Positions 1-10,007 are shown, numbered from the stretch's first letter. The stretch is 64,000 nt of DNA from an uncultured Verrucomicrobiae bacterium (GCA_963837955.1 CAWIPH010000002.1:3744001-3808000), one strand, 5' to 3'. The notes: a model not told the origin generated them from the sequence alone. Numbers and translations are program-made.

Positions 1-2
1 CC

Positions 3-416
3 TCCTCACAGCATTGGGTCTCCCTGGAAGCAGCCGCCGCCATCCGGGTATTCCGGGAAAACTGGCGATTTCTGACCGCGAACAATCAAGCTCGCCTTTG
101 GGAAAGCCAGCGTGACACCCTGGATTGGACGGTGCTCTTCGATCCGGCCGAAACCATTCCTCCTAGCCCGCTGCATCGGACGTTTGTTATCAAACCTATC
201 GTCGCCCAGACAGAAGCGAGTGTCGCTTTGCTCCGAAAACATATCAGCACGATCGGCATCCATCCGCTGAATTCAGAAACGATCGAGCTCGCGGTTCGCT
301 TCGGAGCCCAACGCGTCTGCCCGATTGGCCAGATGCAGGAGCCAGCGCTCGACTGGCACCACGACGGCTTTCCCAGCTTAGGCTCACTAGTGCGAGTAAT
401 CGATCTGGAAACATGA
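3..416 (+). CDS. Acyl-CoA reductase (LuxC-like), C-terminal part, 5'-truncated by the window edge
   Basis: Frame is open from base 3 to TGA at 416; ends RVCPIGQMQEPALDWHHDG..L..LVR, typical of LuxC-family C-termini. Confidence 0.65.
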   Translation, partial: SSQHWVSLEAAAAIRVFRENWRFLTANNQARLWESQRDTLDWTVLFDPAETIPPSPLHRTFVIKPIVAQTEASVALLRKHISTIGIHPLNSETIELAVRFGAQRVCPIGQMQEPALDWHHDGFPSLGSLVRVIDLET

Positions 417-634
417 AGTCTTTGGTATGCGCACCCGCTGGTGAGTGGGGCGGTGAGTGGACCCAAAATCGAATAATTCAACTGACTCCCGCGACGTCGG
501 ATTTTGGTGCCCCTACAGCAGCTCCAACCCGGCCGGGCGGGTGTTTTTCACACTGAGCATCACGGTGTGAGACCGTATGGGGACGGAGAACCGCACGGCA
601 GCGGTGGGACTGAGAATAGAAGCATTCAGGGTCC

Positions 635-866
635 CGTCCCGGAAGGGACATACCGATAGTAGCCCAGTCCCGCGGCCGCGGGACTGGGTAGATGGTATAG
701 GGGGGGTGCCGTCCCGCGAGGGACGATCGAAACGTTGAGGTAATGGTTTCCAATGCGACCTCACGAGCGCAGAGGTGAATCGATCGTCCCTGTCGGGACG
801 GACGCGTCTTAACGCTATCCCAGCACTAAAGTGCTGGGCTACTTTCGCTGTGTCCCTCGGGGGACA
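635..866. repeat. Nested palindromic intergenic element (GTCCC..GGGAC / TAGCCCAG family, REPIN-like)
   Basis: Symmetric order of hairpins gtccc..gggac, gtagcccag..ctggg, cgtccc..gggacgatcga | atcgatcgtccc..gggacgg, cccagcac..gtgctgggctac, gtccc..gggac; second copy at 47553-47780. Confidence 0.8.
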
Positions 867-1069
867 ATCTCCTGATCTGTGCGCACAGCACTTGGCTTCT
901 CATAAACCGTCAACACGATGATGCCTTATGAGAGCCTGTTCGCTTTCTCATTCCTTTTCTGCTATGAGAATTTCAGGGATAGAAACATGACCACCGTATT
1001 TGAGGTTGTTTTCAGGCAAGGCACACAGCTCCCGGAGAGTTATTCTACTGGCGCAAAACGGAGGTTCAC

Positions 1070-1519
1070 ATGGTTAAAAGCGAGACGATAGCGCACTTGC
1101 GCTCCGCCGCTTTCATCAATCCGGTCCTGGCGAGGACCGATACCGAAGCCATTGACGAACTCCTTGCCGCGCTGCGCAATCACCCAGAGTTGATAAACCC
1201 GATCGAGCTTCGGGCCGCGGTGCTTCAGCGCCAAAAGGTCGATCCACCTCTTCTCCCGATGGGCATTGCCTTTCCTCATGCCCGAACCGATAGCGTCCGA
1301 TCCCTGGTTTTGGCGGTTGGAATCTGTCCCGAACCCGTTCATTTCGGCGAGATGCCCGTCCGGCTGATTCTGCTGATCGGCGTGCCGAAAGCTGCTATCG
1401 GAGAATACTTGGAGCTCACTTCTTTTCTAGTTCGACACCTGCGAAATCGACCCGTGTTAGATCGGCTCACAGCAGCCTCTAATATGGCGGAGTTCCTGGA
1501 AACGTTCGCGGATCTTTAG
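1070..1519 (+). CDS. PTS EIIA (fructose/mannitol/Ntr-type) domain protein
   Basis: 149 aa; GIAFPHAR phospho-His motif and PVRLILLIGVP strand. Confidence 0.85.
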   Translation: MVKSETIAHLRSAAFINPVLARTDTEAIDELLAALRNHPELINPIELRAAVLQRQKVDPPLLPMGIAFPHARTDSVRSLVLAVGICPEPVHFGEMPVRLILLIGVPKAAIGEYLELTSFLVRHLRNRPVLDRLTAASNMAEFLETFADL

Positions 1520-1526
1520 ATACATC

Positions 1527-3350
1527 ATGGACCAAGAAGAGAAACAGCAGCGCCTTTCACCGCTCCTGCGCCGGTTTCTCAAGCTTAAGGTCTGGCTGAT
1601 CGAAAGGTTTCGGCTGGGCGAGCGGCAGGTCACGCTCGTCTGGGCCGGAGTAATTGGCGTCCTTGGCGCGCTGGCCGCTGAGGCTTTCCGGCAGGCTACC
1701 AACCTTCTTCATTATTTGTTTACCGGATCGGACGCCGAAATCATCACTAGCTTTGAGCATCTGCCACTTTGGCAACGGTTTCTGGTGCCAGTGGCCGGCG
1801 GAATCTTAGCCGGACTAACCTTATGGATTGGTAATCGCTTAATCGCCAGCGTCCGGCAGAAGTCAACCACTGACTACATGGAAGCGGTTGTGGTGGGAAA
1901 TGGGGTCATTTCCTTTCGAGCTAGTCTGGTCAAAACGATTTCGGCACTTTTCTCAATCGGCACCGGAGCTTCAATTGGACGAGAAGGGCCGCTGGTCCAA
2001 CTCTCTTCGCTGCTCGCTTCATTAATTGGACGGTTGCGCAATAGCCCAGTTCCGCAGCGGCGGCATCTTGTCGCCTGCGGAGCGGCTGCAGGAATAGCTA
2101 GTGCTTACAATGCGCCCATCGCCGGCGCGTTTTTCGTAGCCGAAATCGTGCTGGGGACTGTAGTGGTCGAGTCGCTCGGACCGTTGATCCTTGCTTCGGT
2201 CGTCGCAACCTTCACAACCCGGGCGATGCACGGAGAAAGTCCACTTTACCGCTCGCCCGATCTAGGTCTCCATACGAGGTGGGAAGTCGTACCGCTTTGC
2301 GCAATTGGTATTTTCTTAGGGTTCTTGGCACCACTCTACTTGCGAGGTTTGCGTAGCACCGAATCACTCTTTGCTAAATTGGCTTTGCCGGTGCCGGCCA
2401 AGCTCGGCTTAGGCGGCGCCATAGTCGGGCTGCTGGCCATGTTTTATCCTCAGGTGTGCGGTAACGGACAAGGATTAGTTGCTTCTCTCTTCCATCAGGA
2501 TTGGGATTTTTCCACGGTTCTTATTCTCTTAATCGTCAAATTCATTGCCACCTCAGCAACATTCGGGTCGGGCGCGGTGGGCGGTGTCTTTACACCGACG
2601 CTTTTCATCGGAACCGCCATCGGTGTGCTTTACGGACAAGCAGTACTTTACTTCGCGCCGCAGCTTCGACCCGATCCTGCCATGTACGGTTTAATGGGAA
2701 TGGGTTCCTTTCTGGCCGCAACTACCGGCGCACCGCTAATGGCCATATTGATGGTGTTCGAACTGACCCTGAGCTATGCGATCGTTCCGTTCTTAATGGT
2801 CTCCTGCGTTTTGGGCTATTATTGCAGCAGTTTTTTCGAGCACCGATTCATGTACGGTGAGTCGCTAGAACGCAAAGGCGCCGCGTTTTTCAACAGCCAG
2901 CTCGCGGAAGTAAATCTGCTCGACCTGATCAAACGAGATCCGCTTACTTTGGTCGAAAATGCGACTTTCGCGCAGATCGCCCAAACGTTTGTGCAACATC
3001 AATTCCAACACATCTACATCATAGACCGGGACAGAAAGCTACTTGGAGCGGTATCGCTCCACGACGTGAAAGCGTTTCTGGATCGACCAGAACTGGAGAC
3101 CGTCGTGATCGCTGCCGATATTATGGACGAAAATTTTCCTCGCGTATCTCCTTTGCATAGTATGGCAGATGCTCTCAAGAAATTTTCGGAAACGCGGTCG
3201 GAGCGCTTGCCGGTAGTCGATAATCTAACTTCGCAGCGACTAATCGGTAGCATTTCGAAGACCGATGTAATCCTTCACCTGGCCGGCGAGCAAAGCCGTC
3301 CCAACGTACAGCGCTCGGTTGGTGGGGATCTGGAAAAGAAGTCGACCTAG
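1527..3350 (+). CDS. clcB: ClcB-like chloride channel/transporter with tandem CBS domains
   Basis: TTDYMEAV (ClcB-type), GASIGREGP, AYNAPIAG and GAVGGVFTP motifs; C-terminal CBS pair. Confidence 0.9.
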   Translation: MDQEEKQQRLSPLLRRFLKLKVWLIERFRLGERQVTLVWAGVIGVLGALAAEAFRQATNLLHYLFTGSDAEIITSFEHLPLWQRFLVPVAGGILAGLTLWIGNRLIASVRQKSTTDYMEAVVVGNGVISFRASLVKTISALFSIGTGASIGREGPLVQLSSLLASLIGRLRNSPVPQRRHLVACGAAAGIASAYNAPIAGAFFVAEIVLGTVVVESLGPLILASVVATFTTRAMHGESPLYRSPDLGLHTRWEVVPLCAIGIFLGFLAPLYLRGLRSTESLFAKLALPVPAKLGLGGAIVGLLAMFYPQVCGNGQGLVASLFHQDWDFSTVLILLIVKFIATSATFGSGAVGGVFTPTLFIGTAIGVLYGQAVLYFAPQLRPDPAMYGLMGMGSFLAATTGAPLMAILMVFELTLSYAIVPFLMVSCVLGYYCSSFFEHRFMYGESLERKGAAFFNSQLAEVNLLDLIKRDPLTLVENATFAQIAQTFVQHQFQHIYIIDRDRKLLGAVSLHDVKAFLDRPELETVVIAADIMDENFPRVSPLHSMADALKKFSETRSERLPVVDNLTSQRLIGSISKTDVILHLAGEQSRPNVQRSVGGDLEKKST

Positions 3351-3439
3351 GGAAAAAGAGCGGAAGCCTATTAGTTAGATTCTCGTCGTGGGACGCGCTA
3401 TATTTGACGTGCGGCAATTTACTTAGGAAAAAGAAAACC

Positions 3440-3919
3440 GTGAAAGCAAAAGTAGTAACTCTCATCGCTGCCATCGGCCTTATGACGAGCGGGATCTTTG
3501 CCGGGGAAAAATTGCAGGTCACCGAGGTAGATCAGGTCTTAAGCAATCCTGATCAGTATCGAGGAAAGATTGTAGCTCTCCATGGGGTTATCAACGAAGT
3601 TGCTTTGGAACAAAAAACGTTCACCATCATCGACTCCAAATCAGTTAGCAGCACGCGGGGCACAAACGCGCGGTCTTTAGTGGCAACTATGCAAGGCGGG
3701 AGCCAGCTCACCATACCAAAGGCCGGCCAAGAAGCTGTTGCAATCGGCCAAATTGGGAACAAGGACGGTGTCGCCAACTTCGTGGCCACACAGGTGTTTA
3801 CGAACAAGGACGAAGTGCGCCAAATCCTAACTCACGGCTCGGTCACCCGCCCATCTGGAAAACGTCCCGGAGACAACCTTGGACGCGACGCCCAACCGAG
3901 CCGCGAAATTTCGCAGTAG
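3440..3919 (+). CDS. Secreted hypothetical protein, probable OB-fold
   Basis: GTG start followed by a signal peptide; 'VLSNPDQYRGKIVALHGVI' resembles bacterial OB-fold starts. Confidence 0.6.
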   Translation: MKAKVVTLIAAIGLMTSGIFAGEKLQVTEVDQVLSNPDQYRGKIVALHGVINEVALEQKTFTIIDSKSVSSTRGTNARSLVATMQGGSQLTIPKAGQEAVAIGQIGNKDGVANFVATQVFTNKDEVRQILTHGSVTRPSGKRPGDNLGRDAQPSREISQ

Positions 3920-3986
3920 CCACCTTAGCTTTGGGTCGCCGACTGCGCGACCCTCACCCTACCATTCTTAGCCGGCAGAAAACTTA

Positions 3987-4059
3987 AACCGGGAATAGAC
4001 ACTAATGGACAAGAATTAAGAGTCCATTATTCGTGTGTATTCGGATCCATTCGTGGTTA
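3987..4059. repeat. Short inverted repeat of the (G)AATGGACACGAAT / ATTCGTGTCCATTCGTGGTT type, degenerate
   Basis: aaccgggaatagacactaatggacaagaat ... attcgtgtgtattcggatccattcgtggtt are mutually inverted ~10-bp periodic units. Confidence 0.6.
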
Positions 4060-4158
4060 GGAACTCAAATAGCCGGCGAATTATCTCGGGCTAGCGTGTC
4101 GCGAGTCGATCGATCTAGGACCAAACCGGCAGAAAATATTAAAAATATTTCCGAGAAC

Positions 4159-4290
4159 GGGAATAAATCTTTAGCCCAGTGTCGTTCTCTTTGTGTTGGA
4201 CACCACATTTCGAATATTGGTATCCCTGCTTAATTATCCCTCCGCACACCGGGTCCGTTCGAGAAACATCGTTTTCAATTATGAATCAAC
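4159..4290 (+). promoter_or_regulatory. Promoter/leader block duplicated upstream of the next gene (7257-7395)
   Basis: Identical GGGAATAAATCTTT followed 44-45 bp later by TTGGTATC, plus colinear similarity through tgaatcaa. Confidence 0.65.
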
Positions 4291-6971
4291 CTTTGCCCGC
4301 GAAACCGAAATGGTTTCTTTCGAGCCCATACTCGATATTTAAGGCCACGCTTTTGGGCATGGCAGTCGCCCTCGCGCCACTCTGGTTTTCTCATTCCGCT
4401 CAAGCAATCGATCCTTTGTTCCTGCACCGGAAAACGTTCATGAGATCGGACGTATTACGGGAGGAGAGAGGAATACGGTTGCCACTGCGAACCAATCAAC
4501 CGCTCCGCGAAGCGGAATCTGTCATTGACCTTTTTGAATCCGGCCCGACCTGGGTTCCACTCGGGCCGAGCCCGATTCCAAATGGCCAGATTCTTGGAAC
4601 TGGACCCGAGGTGCCGGTGAGTGGGCGGGTGAGCGTGATTGCGGTCGATCCCGGCCATCCGAACATTGTGTACGTTGGATGCGCTCAGGGCGGTGTTTTT
4701 CGTTCACTCGACGGCGGCCAGACCTGGGCCTCTTTATTCTTTGGAGCCAAGAATTTCGCTGTCGGGTCGATTACGATTGATCCAACGGATCATGACAGAG
4801 TTTTGGTCGGAACTGGGGAAGGCAACTTGTCAGGCGACAGTCATTTCGGCGTGGGTGTTTATGTGGTAGAGGAAGCGACATCTTGTTTTCCAAACTTGAA
4901 AGGGCCATACCGGCTTGACGCGAATGGAAACGACGTGTTCAGCAATCGGAGTATCGTCAAGATCCTGGTTGATCCAAATGATCCGAACGTTGCGTTCTTT
5001 GCTACTTCATCTGGCGTCGGTGGACTAGGCGCGAACACAGGCGCTGTCTTGCCGCCCCGCGGTCTTTACCGCTCGACGAATTTCCGCAGCGGTCACCCCA
5101 CTTTTGAGCGGCTTCAGGTTGGCCCAGGAACGAACACGATCGTAACCAGCGCGGTGTTGGATTCGAAAGACCCCGATCACTTGGTCTGCAGCGTCTTTGG
5201 CCAAGTCGCCGGTCCACCGACCGATACCGATCCGCAAGGTGGTATTTACTATACTAACAACGCGCTCGACCCAGTGCCTAGCTTCAAACGCGCAACTATC
5301 ACCGGACCCAGCGACAAAAACTTACCTACTTTAACAAATGTCAAGCTGGCGGCTGCGCGCGATCCGGTTTCCGGTGCGCTAATCGTGCTTGCGGCGACCG
5401 ATGAGTTCGCCACTCCGGTCTATGTCGACCAAGGTTTGGTGCGAAAATCGATCGACGGTGGCGTTACGTTTCCGCTCACTCTGCCAGATGGAAACGGGTT
5501 CGCTGGCGGACAGGGCTTTTACAACATTGCGATCGCGATTGACCAAGCAAATCCGTTGAATGTCTACCTAGCTGGTACTGTAAGCGCGGCGGGCGTCGAT
5601 CCCGATGGCCACGGCGGAGGCTACATTTATGGTGACGGACCACCAATTCCTAACCCGACTCCCGGACCGGTGACCGATCCTCTCAACGGCACTGGACCTC
5701 ACAAAGGCGGCGGGACGTTTCAATACTCGAATGACGGAGGAACTAAGTTCATTCCGAGCGTGAAGGGTTTACACGCGGATAGTCATGCCATCGCTATTTC
5801 GCCTTCCTCGCCCAACGTAGTTTATACGGGAAACGACGGTGGCGTGTGGAGGTCAGATGACGGAGGTCGCACTTGGCAGGACATCAATACGTTCGGTTTT
5901 CTGGCGACTCAGTTCGAGAGCATAGCACTGCATCCAACCGACCCACAGTTCACCATTGGTGGAACCCAAGACAATGGCACAATCTTTCGAAAACCGGACG
6001 GCAGTTTCATCAGAGCTGATTTCGGCGACGGCGGCTATGCGCTCATCGATCAAAGCGCGACTGACACAGAGCATGTGACGATGTATCACACCTATTTTAA
6101 CGCGACCGGCTCACTGATAGGATTTGGTCGCGTGCTTAGTGCCTCGTGCGCGACCCCTCCCCTGGGAGGCGAGGGCCAGTGGTCGTTTCACGGAATATAC
6201 ACTGGGCCGGTGAGTACTTTCGTCTACTGCGACGGAAGCACTGACACGTTCAACGGGATCAATATTACCGATAACGTCAACTTCTACGCGCCGATGGCAC
6301 TGGGACCGGGTACGCCGAATACCTTTTATTTTGGCACTGATCGGCTTTATCGTTCCATCGACCGTGGCACGACGATGCAGGTCGTAAGTCAGGCTCCGAT
6401 TCTTCCGTTCGCGCCTCCCTTCCAAGCTCAAGGAGCTACAGTCAGCGCTATTGGTATCTCCCCTTTGAATGATAAGATCCGCTTAGTCGGTCTCCAGACC
6501 GGGAATCTTTTTGCTACAGCAACAGGATCCTCCGCGCTCGTCGAGGTCACCGGGCCACTCCCCGCCCAATATATTACTCGCGTTGTGCTAAGTCCGACCG
6601 ATCCCGATGTTGCGTACGTCGCGTTTAACGGATACGGATTACCTCCCGGTCAACAAGTCTGGAAAACGACTAACCTGGTGAGCGCTTTGAACTCCGGACG
6701 CACACCAGATTGGGAACCGGCAGGCTCCGGTATTCCCGATGTTTCCGTCAACGGTTTGGTAATTGATCCCAAGTTTCCGAATCACCTCTATGCTGGAACG
6801 GACTTTGGTGTATATGCCTCGACGAACGGCGGTACCAATTGGCATCGGTTCGGGGTCGGTTTTCCCCGCGTCGAGGTTTATGACATCCAGTTGCAAGGCA
6901 AGTTCCGCATTTTGCGCGCAGCCACGCACGGGCTAGGGTTCTGGCAGACCTTCTTATTTAAAGACTTCTAG
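4281..6971 (+). CDS. Secreted Asp-box (BNR) repeat beta-propeller protein, GH74/sialidase/VPS10-like
   Basis: Signal-like N-terminus; Asp-boxes SLDGGQTW, SIDGGVTF, SNDGGTKF, SDDGGRTW, STNGGTNW; GGTQDNG; C-terminal AATHGLG.W. Confidence 0.85.
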   Translation: MNQPLPAKPKWFLSSPYSIFKATLLGMAVALAPLWFSHSAQAIDPLFLHRKTFMRSDVLREERGIRLPLRTNQPLREAESVIDLFESGPTWVPLGPSPIPNGQILGTGPEVPVSGRVSVIAVDPGHPNIVYVGCAQGGVFRSLDGGQTWASLFFGAKNFAVGSITIDPTDHDRVLVGTGEGNLSGDSHFGVGVYVVEEATSCFPNLKGPYRLDANGNDVFSNRSIVKILVDPNDPNVAFFATSSGVGGLGANTGAVLPPRGLYRSTNFRSGHPTFERLQVGPGTNTIVTSAVLDSKDPDHLVCSVFGQVAGPPTDTDPQGGIYYTNNALDPVPSFKRATITGPSDKNLPTLTNVKLAAARDPVSGALIVLAATDEFATPVYVDQGLVRKSIDGGVTFPLTLPDGNGFAGGQGFYNIAIAIDQANPLNVYLAGTVSAAGVDPDGHGGGYIYGDGPPIPNPTPGPVTDPLNGTGPHKGGGTFQYSNDGGTKFIPSVKGLHADSHAIAISPSSPNVVYTGNDGGVWRSDDGGRTWQDINTFGFLATQFESIALHPTDPQFTIGGTQDNGTIFRKPDGSFIRADFGDGGYALIDQSATDTEHVTMYHTYFNATGSLIGFGRVLSASCATPPLGGEGQWSFHGIYTGPVSTFVYCDGSTDTFNGINITDNVNFYAPMALGPGTPNTFYFGTDRLYRSIDRGTTMQVVSQAPILPFAPPFQAQGATVSAIGISPLNDKIRLVGLQTGNLFATATGSSALVEVTGPLPAQYITRVVLSPTDPDVAYVAFNGYGLPPGQQVWKTTNLVSALNSGRTPDWEPAGSGIPDVSVNGLVIDPKFPNHLYAGTDFGVYASTNGGTNWHRFGVGFPRVEVYDIQLQGKFRILRAATHGLGFWQTFLFKDF

Positions 6972-7256
6972 AATTCCCGATCACGAATACCCGGTGTGCG
7001 CGAGTACGCTGGGTGCTTTAGGGAGCAGTTCAGTGGCGTCGGATCCAGGTGAGTCCAGCGTTTCCGATTTTTTCTCGAACGGACTCACGAGCAACTGATC
7101 GAGCCCTATCACGAGGCACAGTCGCAATACTCCGGGCAATCGCAGAAGAACTGCATCAGCCTATTGGGCGATTACTCGCCACCGAGCCTCCAACTAACTC
7201 CATTATTCACATCTGAAACTATGACTTAGAAATAGTAGAAAATTAATGTCAAAAAT

Positions 7257-7395
7257 GGGAATAAATCTTTGGGTCTGAATGCTTGGTTTGTAGTAGACAG
7301 CACTCTTCTAAACTTGGTATCGCTGACTCTATGACTTGATCCATCCAGCAGAACCGAGCATCCGTCCAAAAAACTGTTTCCAGTTTGTGAATCAA
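7257..7395 (+). promoter_or_regulatory. Second copy of the duplicated promoter/leader block
   Basis: Colinear with 4159-4290; TAGACA..TGgTATCGC is sigma70-like. Confidence 0.6.
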
Positions 7396-7451
7396 TAGGG
7401 GTTCTTTTCCTGGGGTGCTCATCTGCCTAAAGCGTCAGTCTGTTTCCATCT

Positions 7452-9926
7452 ATGAGAAGAAAATACTCTTCCGTCCACTGGCTGTTGCGCACATCGATGT
7501 CTGCAATGGCTGTCAGCTTCGGCTGCCTACTATTTGGTGCTCTTTGGCTAACCAGCCTTTCCACCACCTTAGGCGCCGATCCGTCGGTTCCGGCAAATGT
7601 CGATTCGCATCTACAACGTCTGCTTGAGCGGGCGAAAAGCATTAACCTGGCTCCGCACACGTTTGCGACACCGCAAGCTCAGCTGGATACCAGGGATATT
7701 CCGGGGAGATTTGACGCGACTGGCCGGGTGCTAGTTCACATCCATTTGGATGGAACCCAGAGCATCGAGTCAATCGAACGAGCGTTGAATTCGCAGCGCA
7801 TCGAAATGTTGGGGAAGAACGCAACCTACCGCCAGGGTATCATGGCCGCCTACTTAACCCCAGCACAGGTTGAATCCACTGCCCGTTTGGCTGGCGTCCG
7901 CGCGATCACCATGGAGGGAAAGCCGCACACTCATGTCGGAGCGGTGACTTCAGAAGGTGCCGTCGTGCTAAAAACCAACTTAGTGAATAAGCAAGGTATT
8001 AAAGGAGACGGCGTTACGGTCGGTGTCTTATCTGACAGCTTTAATACGGCGCTTCTGAATGTCCAGAGTCCCCCAGCAACAACGGCTGCACAGGATGTGA
8101 CGACTGGAGATCTACCGGTGGTAAATGTCCTTGAGGATTTCACTAATCAGGGATTTGGCGGCACCGATGAAGGTCGGGCCATGTGTCAGATCGTTTACGA
8201 TATGGCGCCGCACTGCAATCTGGCCTTTGCAACTGCATTCGTCAGCGAAGTCGACTTCGCCAACAATATCGTCGCTTTGCGGGCCAAGGCCAATTGCGAC
8301 GTCATTGTTGATGATATCAGCTATTCCGATGATCCGGTTTTCTCCGACGGACTCCTGGCCCAAGCAGTCAATACGGTGGCTACCAGCACTTCCCTACCCG
8401 GTCATCCGGCGGTCTACTGCTCCTCCGCCGGTAACGAAGGCGATAACGGATACGTCAGCACTTACCGGGATCTTAGCGATAATTTTGTCCGCGCGTCTAG
8501 CAACCACGGCAATCTTAAACTGAATGTGACAGACCCAAAGGCGCCGAACTACCTCAATCCCGCACTGACCGCTGGCGGGTGGCACAATTGGAATCCAAAC
8601 GGTGGAACGGAACCGATGACAACTCTGGTCGTTCCTGGCGTTCCCAGCACCTACAATCTGTTTCTGCAGTGGGATGATGCGTTCGATCAAGCACACGGCA
8701 TCACCACCGACTTCAATATTCTCGTTTTCGACGCGGCCGGTAACTACCATCCGGAGCTGAGCGGAACCAGCAATGCGTTTACCATCCAGCAGGCCTACCA
8801 ACAGACCGGCAACCTTCTACTTGGAACGAGCTACCAGGTTGCCATCACCCGGACCAAGAAAAAAGATCCGCTTGCTCCCACTCCGCCGGCTGCTCATCAG
8901 CTCAGCATCCAAACCTTCCTGGACGGGATTGGGAACATTAGCGGCAAATACTTCCATGCCAGCCCTCTGGATGTGCGGACCACGTACGGTCATGCAGCGG
9001 CAAATGGAGCGATTGATGTTGCTGCCTACGTATACGATTGGACCGATGAGAAGCCTTACAAACCAGTTATCGAAGCGTATACATCGCCTGGCCCAGTGGT
9101 GATCTACCTGGATCAGAACGGCAATCGCCTGGCGGTCCCGGAAGTGCGCACGAAACCTGAAGTAGCGGGCGTCGATGGTGTCGGTACTACTTTTTTCGGT
9201 GGGCCGTACGAATCGAATCAGTTTGCGTTTTTTGGCACCAGTGCAGCAGCTCCCCATATCGCCGGGGTTGCCGCCTTGCTGATTCAAGCTGCCGGTGGTC
9301 CTGGGTCGGTTGACCCGGCATTGGTTAAACTCACGTTGGAGGCGACAACCCCAGCCAGAGATATCGATCCCCTCTTTGCCGGGGCACTTGGCGCCAGTTC
9401 TAGCGGATTTGTATCAGTAGGCGCCCAAGGAAGTGCTACCGATGGCCCCAACTATTTTACGGTTTTCTTTGTCGGCGCTCCCGGCCAATCACTCGAGAGT
9501 CTAACTATCGACGCTTCGAATGGTGAACTGATTTTCGACCCATCGGCCCTCAACCCATCTCCGACGATCGGCACGACCAGAGGCATCGCGCCCGGTGACG
9601 TATCATTCGTTACTGGCCCAGCCTCTCCGCTGGTCACGCTCAACTTTAAGCCTGGAAAATTCGTCTCCGGGGCCTCGGTTAGCTTCACGATCGACCAGGA
9701 TAATGCGCTGACTCATGTCTCGGGTGGCCAGTCGGACTATCTCGGTGCGGGGACAAAGTTCACCGCTACTTTTGGCCCGAAGAAGGATAAAGTGATTGCC
9801 AGCTTTCAGAATAACATCGGTACCGGTTTCAACCAGGCCGATGGCTTTGGTTTGGTCGACGCCGAGGCCGCGTATCAATCCATCGTGCAATCTCACTCGC
9901 CGTCTGGCTCGCAGCCAGCTCCATAA
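7452..9926 (+). CDS. Secreted subtilase-superfamily serine peptidase (S8/S53-like)
   Basis: Signal peptide; VGVLSDS, DEGRAMCQIVYDMAP, SSAGNEG, FFGTSAAAPH motifs; C-terminal GFGLVDA. Confidence 0.9.
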   Translation: MRRKYSSVHWLLRTSMSAMAVSFGCLLFGALWLTSLSTTLGADPSVPANVDSHLQRLLERAKSINLAPHTFATPQAQLDTRDIPGRFDATGRVLVHIHLDGTQSIESIERALNSQRIEMLGKNATYRQGIMAAYLTPAQVESTARLAGVRAITMEGKPHTHVGAVTSEGAVVLKTNLVNKQGIKGDGVTVGVLSDSFNTALLNVQSPPATTAAQDVTTGDLPVVNVLEDFTNQGFGGTDEGRAMCQIVYDMAPHCNLAFATAFVSEVDFANNIVALRAKANCDVIVDDISYSDDPVFSDGLLAQAVNTVATSTSLPGHPAVYCSSAGNEGDNGYVSTYRDLSDNFVRASSNHGNLKLNVTDPKAPNYLNPALTAGGWHNWNPNGGTEPMTTLVVPGVPSTYNLFLQWDDAFDQAHGITTDFNILVFDAAGNYHPELSGTSNAFTIQQAYQQTGNLLLGTSYQVAITRTKKKDPLAPTPPAAHQLSIQTFLDGIGNISGKYFHASPLDVRTTYGHAAANGAIDVAAYVYDWTDEKPYKPVIEAYTSPGPVVIYLDQNGNRLAVPEVRTKPEVAGVDGVGTTFFGGPYESNQFAFFGTSAAAPHIAGVAALLIQAAGGPGSVDPALVKLTLEATTPARDIDPLFAGALGASSSGFVSVGAQGSATDGPNYFTVFFVGAPGQSLESLTIDASNGELIFDPSALNPSPTIGTTRGIAPGDVSFVTGPASPLVTLNFKPGKFVSGASVSFTIDQDNALTHVSGGQSDYLGAGTKFTATFGPKKDKVIASFQNNIGTGFNQADGFGLVDAEAAYQSIVQSHSPSGSQPAP

Positions 9927-9975
9927 GATCTCTCTTTGGGGCAGCGTTAGCGCTGGCTGAACCCGCAGCATTCTT

Positions 9976-10007
9976 AACACCCAGCTTGCACCTGCAAGCT
10001 GGGTGTT
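9976..10007. terminator. 15-bp-arm hairpin between convergent genes (terminator or REP-like)
   Basis: aacacccagcttgca-cc-tgcaagctgggtgtt perfect arms. Confidence 0.6.
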
